DNA of 52,859 bases, filler included, from Sphacelaria rigidula (lineage: Eukaryota), in the NCBI GenBank assembly GCA_964200075.2. It is 3 parts of 3 records of this genome, joined end to end, with 100 filler letters (N's around TTAATTAATTAA, not from the genome) between each part and the next. Parts side by side here need not be neighbours in the genome. Positions count along the whole stretch, not along the records: positions 1 to 17,554 come from CAXNAA020001045.1; positions 17,655 to 35,207 come from CAXNAA020001046.1; 1 more part is not named here. One strand, given 5' to 3'. Under the pieces are notes generated by a model. That model was not told where the DNA came from, searched no databases, and worked only from the letters and a program-made list of their open reading frames with translations. This document shows, in pieces, positions 10,801 through 22,035 of this stretch (within the stretch, counting starts at the first letter, position 1; each line of letters begins with the position of its first letter). Position numbers and translations under genes: made by a program.

Positions 10801-13800
10801 TTTCTCTACTGGCCGGTCTTGTTGGGTCTTTACAACGTCTGCGCATTCCGTACCGTTGTAACGAACTGTATTCAGCTGGTGCCAACCGGTCAGTATGGCG
10901 GCACACTACCGCACGACAGTACCGTCTTTACCTACAGTACAGAGGTACAGTGGCACGAGCAGGAAAGTAGAACTTATACTTCTCTTGTACAGGGGATGAG
11001 TCGGCTGTTGCGGAAGCAGCACGGATGTTGACATTTCCGCTGAAATCCTCAACGCGCTGGGGACTGGAGGATGGGAGGTATAGACTTCGCGATTGAGTTT
11101 CTTCGGGTAAAAGACGTGTATATCATAACTGTACTGTTGTACTGGACTGCGCAGTAGATACCGTTCAGTGCGTCTCACGATCATACATACATGGAAACAG
11201 CAGTACTGATCCACATGAAACGTGCTCGACTACTGTTGTAGAGACTGGGCTGCCTGTCCTGATCTGTCTAACGGTTGTACAGTACGTACGCGGACGGTGT
11301 TGTAGACGTGCGAATGCGAAATCAAAGTATAGTCGGAGACCCAAACCACTCTCAAACTTCGGGGGCGTTGACTGTTGAGAGAAGACTGGGAAAAACCAGA
11401 CGCGCACACACATGCGACCAAGCTCTACCATTTTGTCGGGCATCATCATATTTTCTCCACGATACGGTACACGCTGATGACCCCAAGATATCAATCAGCA
11501 TCACGATACGATTTGATGAACCATTACACAGCCACTGCACTGGATAGTTCAAGATGTACCAATCGAAAAAAGAGAAGCAGTGGGCAAACGCCATTTCATG
11601 GCGTCAGCCCCGAAGCCGTTCAGGTGCCGTTGTGTACTATTTGTAAACTGCAAACGGCATTCGTCTGTTCCGCGGACAAGGACCGGAAGACCCCCACTGC
11701 CCCCTCTGGACCCCTTCGCTGTGTTCGATTATCCGTTGGGTCTCGCTGACCACAGCAAGACCAAGCACGGACTTGTGTTCAAGACCAAGCATGCCGAATT
11801 CAGGATTAAAAAGACGGTATGTACAAAACAGGACAACAACGTTATGCACGCACGGCATTGAAGTTGCGAGGGACCATTCGCCCTGTATTCGCACAGGAGA
11901 AAAACGCAGCTACTGCCGCTATCATAAATGACGACCCGGCAGCAATGGGATCTATATGAGTCTGATGTTGTCATGTACTGCTGTTGTTTCAGTACTGTAT
12001 TACGGATGCCACCGCGAACACTTGTTTTCTTCGATTTTCGTGAACGGCCGACTTCTTGAGGGGCGATGAAAACGTCCGACTCTGTGCGGTCGAAGGGTTC
12101 ATGTCACAGAGTCTGTGTCTGGAGATTCAGGGGATCATCGCAGCTTCTGCGAGTACTCAATGGGCTGTACCAGTCATCATGTAATAATGTGGTCGTGCAG
12201 CTGTTACCTGCATCTAGAACCTCCATGACTGTCGCGTTATGCGCTCTCGGTCAGTTTCGGTTTCATATTCTATCTAGCCGCCATCGAGGTTCAGTGGTAC
12301 GACAACAGTTGCAGTACAAGAGCAGTTGTACTGTCTGTTGTGCATATACGGGAAACAAGCTCACAACACCAGTCTTGACGATTGCGCGATGTATCACTCC
12401 AAGTGTGACCACGTTTCAGGCATGAAAACTATCAGCTTGTTTCTCTCCATGCTTCGAGGGTAGAGGGAGAGGGTAAGAACGGAGGGGGGGGGGAGTTCGG
12501 CAAATCGAGGCAAAGGATAGACGCGACATGCCAGACGAGCGTATCTCTCCGACGTGTGCATGCGGTGCTACCGCAGGGTTTCAAAGAAAATGAACATGTT
12601 GCTACTATAGGAGAAACCGATGTAAATTTTGCGGCTGTGACATATTTTTTTTACCGTTTCCCGAAGGTTTCCCTCATATGCAAAAACATGTCCGCGGCTT
12701 GTTCGCGGGCGTTTAGGTTTATTTGAGGAGCATTTGTCGATGTCCAAAGGAAGCATGACGACCATCCATTAAAAGTTGCTGAAGACTACGTCGTGATCCC
12801 ACCGCATCAAACAACACATGAATACTGCACTGTTCTTCTGTGCTGCCCGTGCAACTACTTACTGTGGGCGTAAGGCTCGGTTGTATAGTACAAAACAGAA
12901 GGGCGAGAAGTGTTCATGTAACAAGTTGGAGAAATTTTTTGCTGAGCGAGCGACTCAATGAAGACACGCGGATTAGTTAAAGGTCGCCGCTGTACAACCC
13001 CTTGCCATGCCCAGGCCACAAGAGCACTCAATCATCACAAAATCTATTTTGCATCTCAAGTGAAACTGTGATACATAACAGCCTTTTGAATTGATAGACG
13101 AGGAGCACAGCACCACGACAGCTTCATGATGAAAGCATAGTTCCGAAATAATCCACATTCAAAGAATCAGAATTTGATGGGCAGTTTTTGCATCAACTGT
13201 GCGGGAAAGCGGTTGGCTGCCGTCGTAGCCATTATACTGTCTCCAAACAGCCCCAAGCGACCGATTAACACTCATACTCACTGATACCAACTCCCTGCGC
13301 CAGCATCGCCTCCGCTTGCTTGATGGGATCGTTCGCCATGGTTCCACAGTCGTGTTGTGCATGCACCTACGGGAGAACAATGATCTCTTTCAGCCTCTCT
13401 CCTTAGCACTTCACTTCGGTTCTGTGACAGCAACATAATAACCAACGATCGACATTTTCGGAGTGCGATTTTGCCTGCAATGCGATTCTCTCGTACCCGT
13501 TGTCGTGCGCACCCGATCGATCGCAACTTGTATCCAGTAAGATACGGTGACAGACGAAAAGATGACATCAATTACACGCATACAATCAGTTCACCATTCT
13601 GTAGGTGCACGTATATTCTAGTCAGAAGCTGTCTGTGACAGATTCCATCAAGTACCATCAACTCATCAATATGGTAGATCTCATCGAGTAAGATCAACTG
13701 GGTCGTAGTCTCAGACACCCCACTGGCGGGGCCGTTTTTTAACCCCAGATCCAGCGTTCACATGAACGGCAGAAGGTGGCGCCAGCAGATTCTCTTCATA

Positions 13801-15620
13801 TTTTCAAAACCGTTTTCGCAATAGTCATTGCCCGACCAACCGGAGACCCACTGGAGATTTTACAAGGAGTAGATTTTGGATTGGATCCAAAAATCGTCTC
13901 AAGGAAACGGGGTCGGCGGTTACGTACCTGTGCACCCACTGTGGACCCACCACGTCCTCACTCTCCGGCAACATACTATCAATACGAACAACAGCCTGCG
14001 ACCTCAGTGAAACAGTTGATTTTACGATATCATGGGTGCTACAGTGTCTACAGAGGCCGATAACTGCCTCATTTGCTTATGTTTCGGGCATGACAGCGCT
14101 ACGTTCAACGACGACGACTGCCTGAGCGAGTGTGATGGTGATGATGTTGCTACAGCCCTACCGTACAGTAAGCGCACTAGATCTACCACTCCGACAAGAG
14201 GCGTTTCAACTCGAGACCAGCAGAATGATGGCAATGTTGCTGGAGCTGGAAGTCGAGTCCAACGTGAGAGTACTGCTATGCGACTTGTTCGGCGTTCCAG
14301 CAGCTCCACGCTGACAGGCGAGCCCCAGTATCACCACGAAGAGAAGTCGCGGGAAGTGCGCCGGGATGGATCGCTACAGGAAAGAACGCACTGGATGGAG
14401 AAAATGGTCAGTCAGCGGCGGTTTCGCTCTCAGCTTCCCTTACTATTGATTTGTAGAGACAGTGCTTCATGTAGACCATTCGGTCACCAGTTACTTCTAT
14501 ATGCTGACGACTCGTTTACGCTTTCAGCTACAAATGTATTGCACCGCGCACAGCGAGTACATGGCCGTTATTTTGTCAGTGCCGACAGAAGAGTCATGCC
14601 AATTTCTTCGTGCCTCTTGTTGTCTGGCTGAGGTAGCAGCGTGGTTACCCCTACCGCTAATAATGCCACTCGATTGAATCTACCATCAAGCTACCATCTT
14701 CACTTGACGCTGCAACGAACTCCCCTCCTACTTTTGTGGTGATGCGCCATTCATGCTGTCTAACCGTGCGCTTGTTGTGACGGCCATGTTGGAGTAGATG
14801 CTTCATCTTCTCTGTATCTCGCTGGCGGGGTGATATGAACCTGTCTGGACGCAACCGACGTTACCAACTGGTCGGAAATAATGGTTGAAATTAAAACATA
14901 CTCGTTTTAGTATTAGTCGGGGTGATGGATGAAACCACCAACAGATACAGGTGAGCTGTGGTGAGCAGTAGACCCAGCTTGTCCACAACGTGTTTTGTTC
15001 CAAAATCGGCTAAAAGGCATCTATTTGAGCTCTGGAAACACACACTGTGCCCAAGAAGCACTTTGCACCTCCCTCGCCCGAGGGTTCTCGGTATGTCTTC
15101 ATCGTGGTCAGGGTTAGGGAGGTATGTAGGAGGCACCCCATTATTCGCGTCAACCATTTTTCCCAACCAGTTGGTAAAGAAGCCTTTCTGGACGCGAATA
15201 AATGTGCCATAGTTTCACCACGAATGTTGAGAATTTGGGCTTCCATTCTGTGTACGCATCCCTCCGCCCACAGATTTCCGTCCTCATCACGGTCGACAGC
15301 TCATCAGACGCCGAGTCCGTAAGTCGAACCCACATAAAGGAGAGTGGAGCCCCTGGCACCTCCTCCCAACCGATGTAGTATTGCACCAGCAAAAATGTTT
15401 GTCTTTGGAGCTCAGAATTCGAACTGTACTTACGTTGGGCCTCGAGCACCTCTCTCCCGACTCGACGAGTATACTTGTGCTCGAGCGGAGATGTATGCGT
15501 TCAGAGCTGTCACAATCCGGAAGCTCTATGCGCACCAGGACCCGAAACTGCACGAAATGATTACGACCGAAGATGGAAAAGATCTGGATGAGGCCACGGA
15601 GACCGGAGATGGACATACAG
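7900..15620 (+). pseudogene. Decayed multi-exon KDZ (Kyakuja-Dileera-Zisupton)-like transposase with probable Ulp1/C48-like C-terminus
   Basis: Degenerate motifs occur in the expected order, read across frameshifts. CTCLVC...PGRVPRKPTYLF (CxC-like, ~8185-8330); CNNC...NISLD (~8797-8862); DTG...THGSVFRGVGDM (~9100-9172); RFPAYL (~10738); TFPL-x-NALG (~11030); ECEIKYS...FGGVDC.E..DWEK...ATK (~11312-11425); Ulp1-like remnants ending in EMYAFRAVTIRKL (~14850-15530). Confidence 0.5.
10378..10662. mobile_element. Mutator-like MITE: ~72-bp TIRs, 11-bp TSD
   Basis: 10378-10449 is the imperfect reverse complement of 10591-10662. Flanked by tttttgtcctt (10367-10377) and tttttgttctt (10663-10673). Confidence 0.75.
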
Positions 15621-15894
15621 ACAGTACTCCTCGTGCCTGCAACCTACACCGTACGCATCAGCATCGAAAAGGCTCAGCTGATACTCACATCCCCCTCTGC
15701 AACTATGTGTGTTCACAAGTACAGTCACTACAAAGTACCGTTTGGAAATAGTACCAGCTTTTTTCAAACTTTAGAAGTTTTGTCCCTCAATCTGCCATCA
15801 CTGTAGTCGCATCGAACAAATCTTGCAGACTACTGTGGCATCGGTATACAACCGAGTGATGGAATTGTGTTCATGGACATCATGCACGCCGAAC

Positions 15895-15995
15895 CTCCCG
15901 TTTACCTTCCTCCTGTGTGACCCTGGTCGATGCACCGACATTCAAAGAAGGGTGTGTAGAACGTAGTCCAAAGCATATGGGATGACAAGACATAC
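15895..15995 (+). mobile_element. SINE family A, degenerate 3' fragment
   Basis: ttcctcctgtgtgaccctggtcgatgcaccgacat...gtccaaagcatatgggatgacaagacatac resembles the family A tail. Confidence 0.5.
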
Positions 15996-17462
15996 TGCCC
16001 CCAGGTACTAAAACTCTCGAGAGAAGTAACACAGAACACGCTACATGTGCACGTCCTCCTACAAAACATGCCACAGGTTCACGCCCTCTCACAACGCATG
16101 GGATCTCTGACCGTTTTGTGTCTTGGGCCCGCGGGGCTTGTTGCGGAGATTTCGTACGCACTTCCGAGAAATGAAGCAAAGTTAACCCAGCTAATCAATG
16201 TTGCACAACAAACAACGTTCATGGTTGAAATTACTTCATGTGGATCGGAACAAAAGATAATCGGATCTTCAGGAGGGCTGACAGCCCCGTGTGCTCCTCG
16301 CGGGGTCTACCAAGGCCGCACTTTGCCCAGGGAATGGTATGTACCGCCCTTGCCTGTGGGTTCTCGGTATGCTTTGGGTTGGGGTTAGGGTTAGGGGTAG
16401 CGATAATTGTCAAATTTTGTCAACCATGAACATCTGTAACGCGATCCCGGGCCTCAAGAAACTAATGGCCATGACGTAGGTCGCTTGTGGCTCGTTCGGG
16501 TGTTATTCTTGGGTCTGGCTGAGAATCTGCCTTTTGCTGTTGAGTGTGTGGTGCACCTCAATCATGAAAAAATGTGTTGTTCTCTGCCGTGGGTTGCAGC
16601 TGTAGCTGTACTATTGCTATTACTATTTGCACACCCTTGACACCAGATCATCTCATGAAAAATGTACTGCGTACAGTATCGACTATTTATTGTCTATCGC
16701 AAAAGATAATGAATTCCATACTAATGTACCCAGTAAACTTTTGACAACGTGATCTCTTGTCCAGGGCGTCGCTATTTGTATCGGCATGAGGTTATTGGGT
16801 ATTGGGCCGACTGGTGAGTGTTTTCATGGCGACACATCTCCAGCGGGCCGGAAGGAACGATTGTCTCCAGCGCCGTAGCGTGCGTATCCTTCACACCACC
16901 CTCAACCGCAAGGTCATGGTTGATTGATCCTTGGACCGCGGTGCGGGTAGTCCATCTCGATTAGGCATAATTTTTTCTAGTAAATATTGATGCCGATTCA
17001 GCCAGTGACTTACCCTCACGGTCTACGGGTTGGACGGTGAGAGTACGTCGTATGTGGAATCGGCATCGATTTCCCTTGAAAAAGGTACTCGTATAGATAA
17101 TCCAGATGGATTACCCTCGCGGTGAAAGGGTTGGAGGTGGAATACTCTGGTGGTGTACGGAAATGTGTACATTCCAATAATATTTGGGGAATAACAGCTG
17201 TTGATATTTGGGCATAGTAGCCGTGCGAGCACTTTGCCGTACTTAATCTTTCGAATTTGCGTCGATTTCACTTGAAAATATGGATGGGGTCCAGAAAACC
17301 GGCTCTGGCTGTTACAGATCCTGACTTTTTCAGTATCCCCGAAACTGGACGATCCTGCCGATTCTTGAATGATGGCAATGGTGTGGGCTTGAATAGCGGC
17401 TAATTCGTCTGCCGTCGTCCGGGTGCTCCACAAATTCTCCTTCCCGTGACAGCCTTGACCTG

Positions 17463-17554
17463 ACACTTTCTACGACAGCCCCCCCCCCCCCCCCCACCCG
17501 CCCGCCCTGGGGGGGGACAAACCACTCGTACATAGAAAAAACGAAAGCGGAGCA
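17463..17554 (+). mobile_element. Terminus of ACACTTT-family TIR element, cut by the contig end
   Basis: acactttctacgacagcccccc matches the termini at 26538/26784 and 35067. Confidence 0.6.
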
Positions 17555-17654
17555 NNNNNNNNNNNNNNNNNNNNNNNNNNNNNNNNNNNNNNNNNNNNTT
17601 AATTAATTAANNNNNNNNNNNNNNNNNNNNNNNNNNNNNNNNNNNNNNNNNNNN
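17555..17654. other. Artificial assembly linker N44-TTAATTAATTAA-N44
   Basis: Exactly 100 bp with a palindromic stop-codon-rich core; identical to the linker at 35208. Confidence 0.97.
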
Positions 17655-18479
17655 AACCGGCCGCTGAAGGCCATGAAAAGCCTACTCTCAATCGTATCGT
17701 AGGCTCTCAATCTCAAGAAACGGGTGTTTTTACACGCAAATCGAGAATACAAAATACATAGCACGTACGGATAGAGTAGGGTCATCACCCCCTTCATGTG
17801 ATATTCACATGGAGGTTGGGGTCTCGTGGTGAGATAGCCGTAAAACCTCACCGGTCTCGAGTCGGCGGTGGAAATCTGGGCTGCCACTCTCCTGAGACGT
17901 TCGACATTAGGTGCAAATGGCGCCTAATGAAGAGAAGGGGGTGGATAATGCATGACATAAGCGTCAAAACCTAGTACTGCACTTATGAAACACCTGACCC
18001 ATGACCGAACACATCACTTACGAGGAGGAGCACCAAGCGGTACGAAAACTGCTTGAGGTCTTCAAGAACAGAAGCTGGTACAAAATGTGGAGGAATCGTT
18101 CTCTAAGCTTTCGGCAGCAGCGGTTACTCGGAAGCATTAGTGAAATAGCGACCCATGGTGAACCGTACATGGGGTGAGAAACGTGATGTATGGGATATCC
18201 CGATGTGAGTAAGAACTTGTGTTATGCAAGTCACCTTTGAACCTTACACGGTGAAAATGACCTCCCTAGAGGAAAGCAACCAGTACAGCAGCAGATAGAA
18301 AATACGATCGTGGGACGCCTGGATGATTTACCATGAAGATCGCCTGACACAAACGCGGGGTGCTTGTGTCAAAGGTGTTGAACTTGGCTTCAGGCTACGA
18401 GCCCGTGTTGGAGACATATTTAGTGTCAGTGAGCGAGCAAAATAACTAAAAGGCACCAGACCCCTAGCGACTACCAGGG

Positions 18480-21235
18480 TTGGGATGTCTCAGTAGGTTG
18501 TCTTCATCCCACCAATATACTTGAAACAATTAAGCTGAAGATACTCTCGATAGAGGTCGAGAGAGAGACGATAAGGAAGGGCGGATGGAGAAGTAAAGAG
18601 TGGACGGGTAAGGTACTAGTAGTGCTGGTATTCGCAGTTCGTAGCGATATGACGAGGATAGAGTTTGAAACGAAATACACTAGAGTTGGACTATACTGTT
18701 TGGCAAGAGAAGAAGTAGAAAGGGAGGGAGAACACTTGCGAGTCTTGCTAAAACAGAGTGCGAGCAAGGAGTGGGAAAGGATAGAGACAAGTAAGGTGTC
18801 GGCATGGGTTACAAGGGTAGGATGGAGAGTATGCATAACTAATGGAACAGCAAACCCAGGACGTAGTCCACGGGTAAACGGAGGGAGAGAGAGGTAGGAA
18901 CAAGTAAGCGCTCGGAAGGGGAAGGGGAGGGGACATAGCGGCCCGAAGCAAATAGACAAAGACCAGCCCAGCAACGGGAAGAATAATCAAGCAAGAGATA
19001 TAGAAGTAAAAGCGACGGTGAGAGAATGGTAGACCACAGGAGAGCAGAAAATGATTCGGAAACGAAGTTAAGAATAGGATCGTGGAACGTGCGCGGGCTC
19101 GTCCCAGACAAGCGTTGAAGAATAGAGAGAGTGCAACAATTAAGTCAACACGACCTGGATATAGTGGGAATCCAAGAGTCATGGGAAAAAGAGGAAGCGG
19201 AAACAGGATGCAACGTTGAAGAGTACGCATGGATAGGGAAAAAGCGGAAGGGACGGAGGCCCAAGAGCAGGGAAGCGGGGGGAGTAGGACTCTTAGTCAA
19301 GGAGTACCTGTGTGACAGTATAGAAGTGATCGACGACACGAAATTCGACGAGAACGAATGGATAAGAGTACCAGGAGAGCGGGGAACGAAGGACTTCTTC
19401 GTAGGAAACATCTACATGCCCCCAGAGTAGAAGGGTAGAGTGAACGATGTACAGCGGAGGTTTGGAGAGATAGCAGCAGATGTACATGAGTATAGAAGGC
19501 AAGGATAAGTAATGCTAGTGAAATACTTTAATGCAAGGGTGAAAAGAGTAGGTCAACCGGACGATATCAATGGGCAATACGGGTACGATAAGAAGAACAC
19601 GAATGGGGTAGAAATGCTCATGTTCCTTGAGCATAACGAGATGAAGACGCTGAACGATAGAGTACAAAAGCCAGAGGCGCAATGAACATGGAAGAGAAGA
19701 TGCAAAGACGAGAGAGAACGCTCTGTACTTGCCAACATAGTGGTACAACATGGAAATGTTGAATAAATGAAAGTACATGTATGTATGCCCGGAGGATGTG
19801 GGAACTACAGATCATTGCCTAATATGGAGGAAGCCAACACACGAGAGCTAAAATAAGTAGGTGAGGTAGGAAGTTGTACGAATGAAGAAACGATAAACTA
19901 GATATGGAAAAAAACAGCAAGAGTTCCAAAAAGAAATGGTCAAGAATGCAGTGAAAGTTTCCGAACTGTTGGAATGCGTAGGTACAGTTGATACCGAAAT
20001 GGGAAGGAATCGGGCAGGAGCAAATATTGTAGAAGGATGGTAGCAGTTGGTCAAGAGCAAAGCGAGTAAGGTCATAGGGAAGAAAATACTCATATGAAAC
20101 AGAGCTGTGAAATGGTGGGATGAGGAAGTAAAAGAGGCTATCAGAGTAAAGATAGAGGCCCACGCGAGATACACATCAAGTACAACTATAGTAGGATGGA
20201 CAGAGTACACTAGAACTCGAAAGGAAGTGGAGGAATGGTAGCTAAGAAAACGATGGGAGTATAGGAAGGTGCAGTGGATAAAACAGATGGAGATTTCGAT
20301 GGCGGGATGAAACAATTGTGGGTAGGGATCAACGAGGTAACGGGAAACTAGGCAGGAAATACGGGAACGGGACAGCCACACTCCGGGCCTAGAACGGGAG
20401 AATGGTTAGTAGTTCGAAGAGGAAGAAAGAAGTGCTTGTGGAGCACTACCGTAAACTAGGAACACCAAAACCTAACATGAAGTTCGACACGGAATTCGAG
20501 AAAAAAGGTGAGTTCAGAGGCAAATGTAGAGACGTCAAAACGGGACGATAGTGGCCCCGAGGAATTCCAAAGAGAGTTACAGAGACGAAGCAAAGGAGTG
20601 CACAGCTAAACTCAAGAACAGAAAGGCAGCAGGGGGAGATAAAGTAGTGAATGAATCTCTCAAGTGTGGGGAGGAAATGATCACCATGATGGTTATGCTA
20701 TATAACTCGATCTGGGAAACGAGTACACACCCAAGAGGTGGAGAGAAGTAGTGATCGACCTCTTCAAGGAAGAAGTGCGAGGCTGAGCCAGGCAATTCTG
20801 GAGGGATAACGCAACTGAGCACCGTAGGGCAAACGTTTTGTGAGATTTTGAACGATAGTGTAGGAGAGATGCTAGGAAATAAGAGAAACTGAGCAAGGGG
20901 AAAGCAGTCAGTGTTTTTACTAAACCGCAATTGCGTACAAAATGTATACGTAGTAGGTGAGATTATTCGAGGTAGAAAAGGCGCCGGACTGACGTAGTGC
21001 TTCTTTTTGGACGTACACAATGCCTATGGCACTTTATGGAGAAATGGGCTGTGGAAAACGTTGTGGGAAACGGGGACCAGAGCAGAAATGTGGAGAACGG
21101 TGAAGAAGATGCCAGAATGTGCCAGGAGTGCTATGGTCCTAGACAGGGAGGTATTGAAATGTTTTGATATTTTATAATGAGCTGCACACGGATGTACGTT
21201 ATCACCCACTTTATCCAAGGTATCTACTATTAAAT
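18480..21235 (+). mobile_element. Decayed non-LTR retrotransposon (LINE): APE endonuclease plus partial reverse transcriptase
   Basis: APE motifs RIGSWNVRGL (~19071), LDIVGIQESW, VGNIYMPP, FNAR and TDH. RT motifs LKNRKAAGGDKVVNESLK, ITQLSTVGQTF, FLDVHNAY and a GCTLSPTL-like motif (~21190). Many stops and frameshifts; ends before a YADD motif. The purine-rich upstream region may be an ORF1 remnant. Confidence 0.85.
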
Positions 21236-21319
21236 TGCCCTGTGCCCAGGGCGCTTCCAATTTCAATATTTTCGGTGCTTGTGACGTTAGTCTTGGATTG
21301 TGGCGGTGAAACCGGTGTA

Positions 21320-21372
21320 ATGCGTGAGAGGACCGCGTGCTCAGAGGACCGCACCGTAGCTCGAAACACCCC
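21320..21372 (+). mobile_element. Solo ATGCGTGAG-type TIR preceded by TA
   Basis: ta|atgcgtgagaggaccgcgtgctc...cgaaacacccc matches the TIRs of the 33019-33216 element. Confidence 0.55.
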
Positions 21373-21381
21373 ACGATCAAG

Positions 21382-21760
21382 CTACCGGATGTCACGTCCT
21401 GACAGTCTGGCAGCCGGTAAGGTGTTAATGGTAGTGTCCTTCTAGCGATATCAACTTACAGTGCACTGGAGTGGAGTACAGATAGCAGCAATTCTACCGG
21501 ATCCTAGGTCCTGACAGTCTTGCAGCCGGCAATGTGTTAAGGGATGTATCCTTCTAGTGATATCAACTTACAGTGCACTGGAACAGACTTTCCAGGTGAC
21601 TATTTTGGCGATTGCCTCACCTGAAGTTTACCCAGATGTTTCAGATTTTATCGAGATCTCATTGAGTAATATTACATGTGGAAATCTATCACCAGATCCC
21701 CTGCATTACATGTGGAAATGTACCAGACCTTGCATTATATGTGGAAATGTACCAGGCCCT
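21382..21760. repeat. Tandem repeats: two ~89-bp copies and three ~30-bp copies
   Basis: 21382-21470 and 21494-21582 (ctaccggat...gtcctgacagtct...gatatcaacttacagtgcactgga). attayatgtggaaat occurs three times in 21671-21760. Confidence 0.85.
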
Positions 21761-21822
21761 GGATAGGGATTTCTACAGTCAGTACGAACACGATGTTAGA
21801 TGTGTACTGCGCATTGTGCATT

Positions 21823-22035
21823 GTGTGTGTTGACGTCGCATCTATTCTGGACGCCGGTCTCTACCTTTTGGTATATGTGGGCGCACCAGCTGGGGTCACA
21901 CAGGACGAAGGCCAACACCGGAGTTTGTTTGTATCGGTTCCCCACCTTCCTTCTGTGGCGCTTGCCTTTCGTTTTCATCGCGAGAGGGGTTTAGCAGTCC
22001 CTTTTCCTCGTCGACCGTTAGGTCGAATTGTTTTA
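21823..22035 (-). mobile_element. SINE family A, 3' portion
   Basis: Reverse complement of the family A tail, including the (AC)n end, which reads tgtgtgtg at ~21823. Confidence 0.75.

Noticed and set aside
17023-17466. 147-aa minus-strand ORF as an RNase H or retroelement fragment
   Set aside because: Only a weak HREGN resemblance; its start derives from the inserted ACACTTT element, and catalytic residues are not identifiable.
17599-17610. TTAATTAATTAA palindrome as a biological motif
   Set aside because: It is centred in identical 100-bp N linkers, so it is an assembly artefact.
18504-21020. Hydrophobic minus-strand ORFs as membrane proteins
   Set aside because: They are antisense shadows of the purine-rich LINE strand.
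21382-21760. CRISPR-like repeat-spacer array
   Set aside because: The units are simple tandem copies without unique spacers, there are no cas genes, and the context is eukaryotic. The same applies to 1600-1800.
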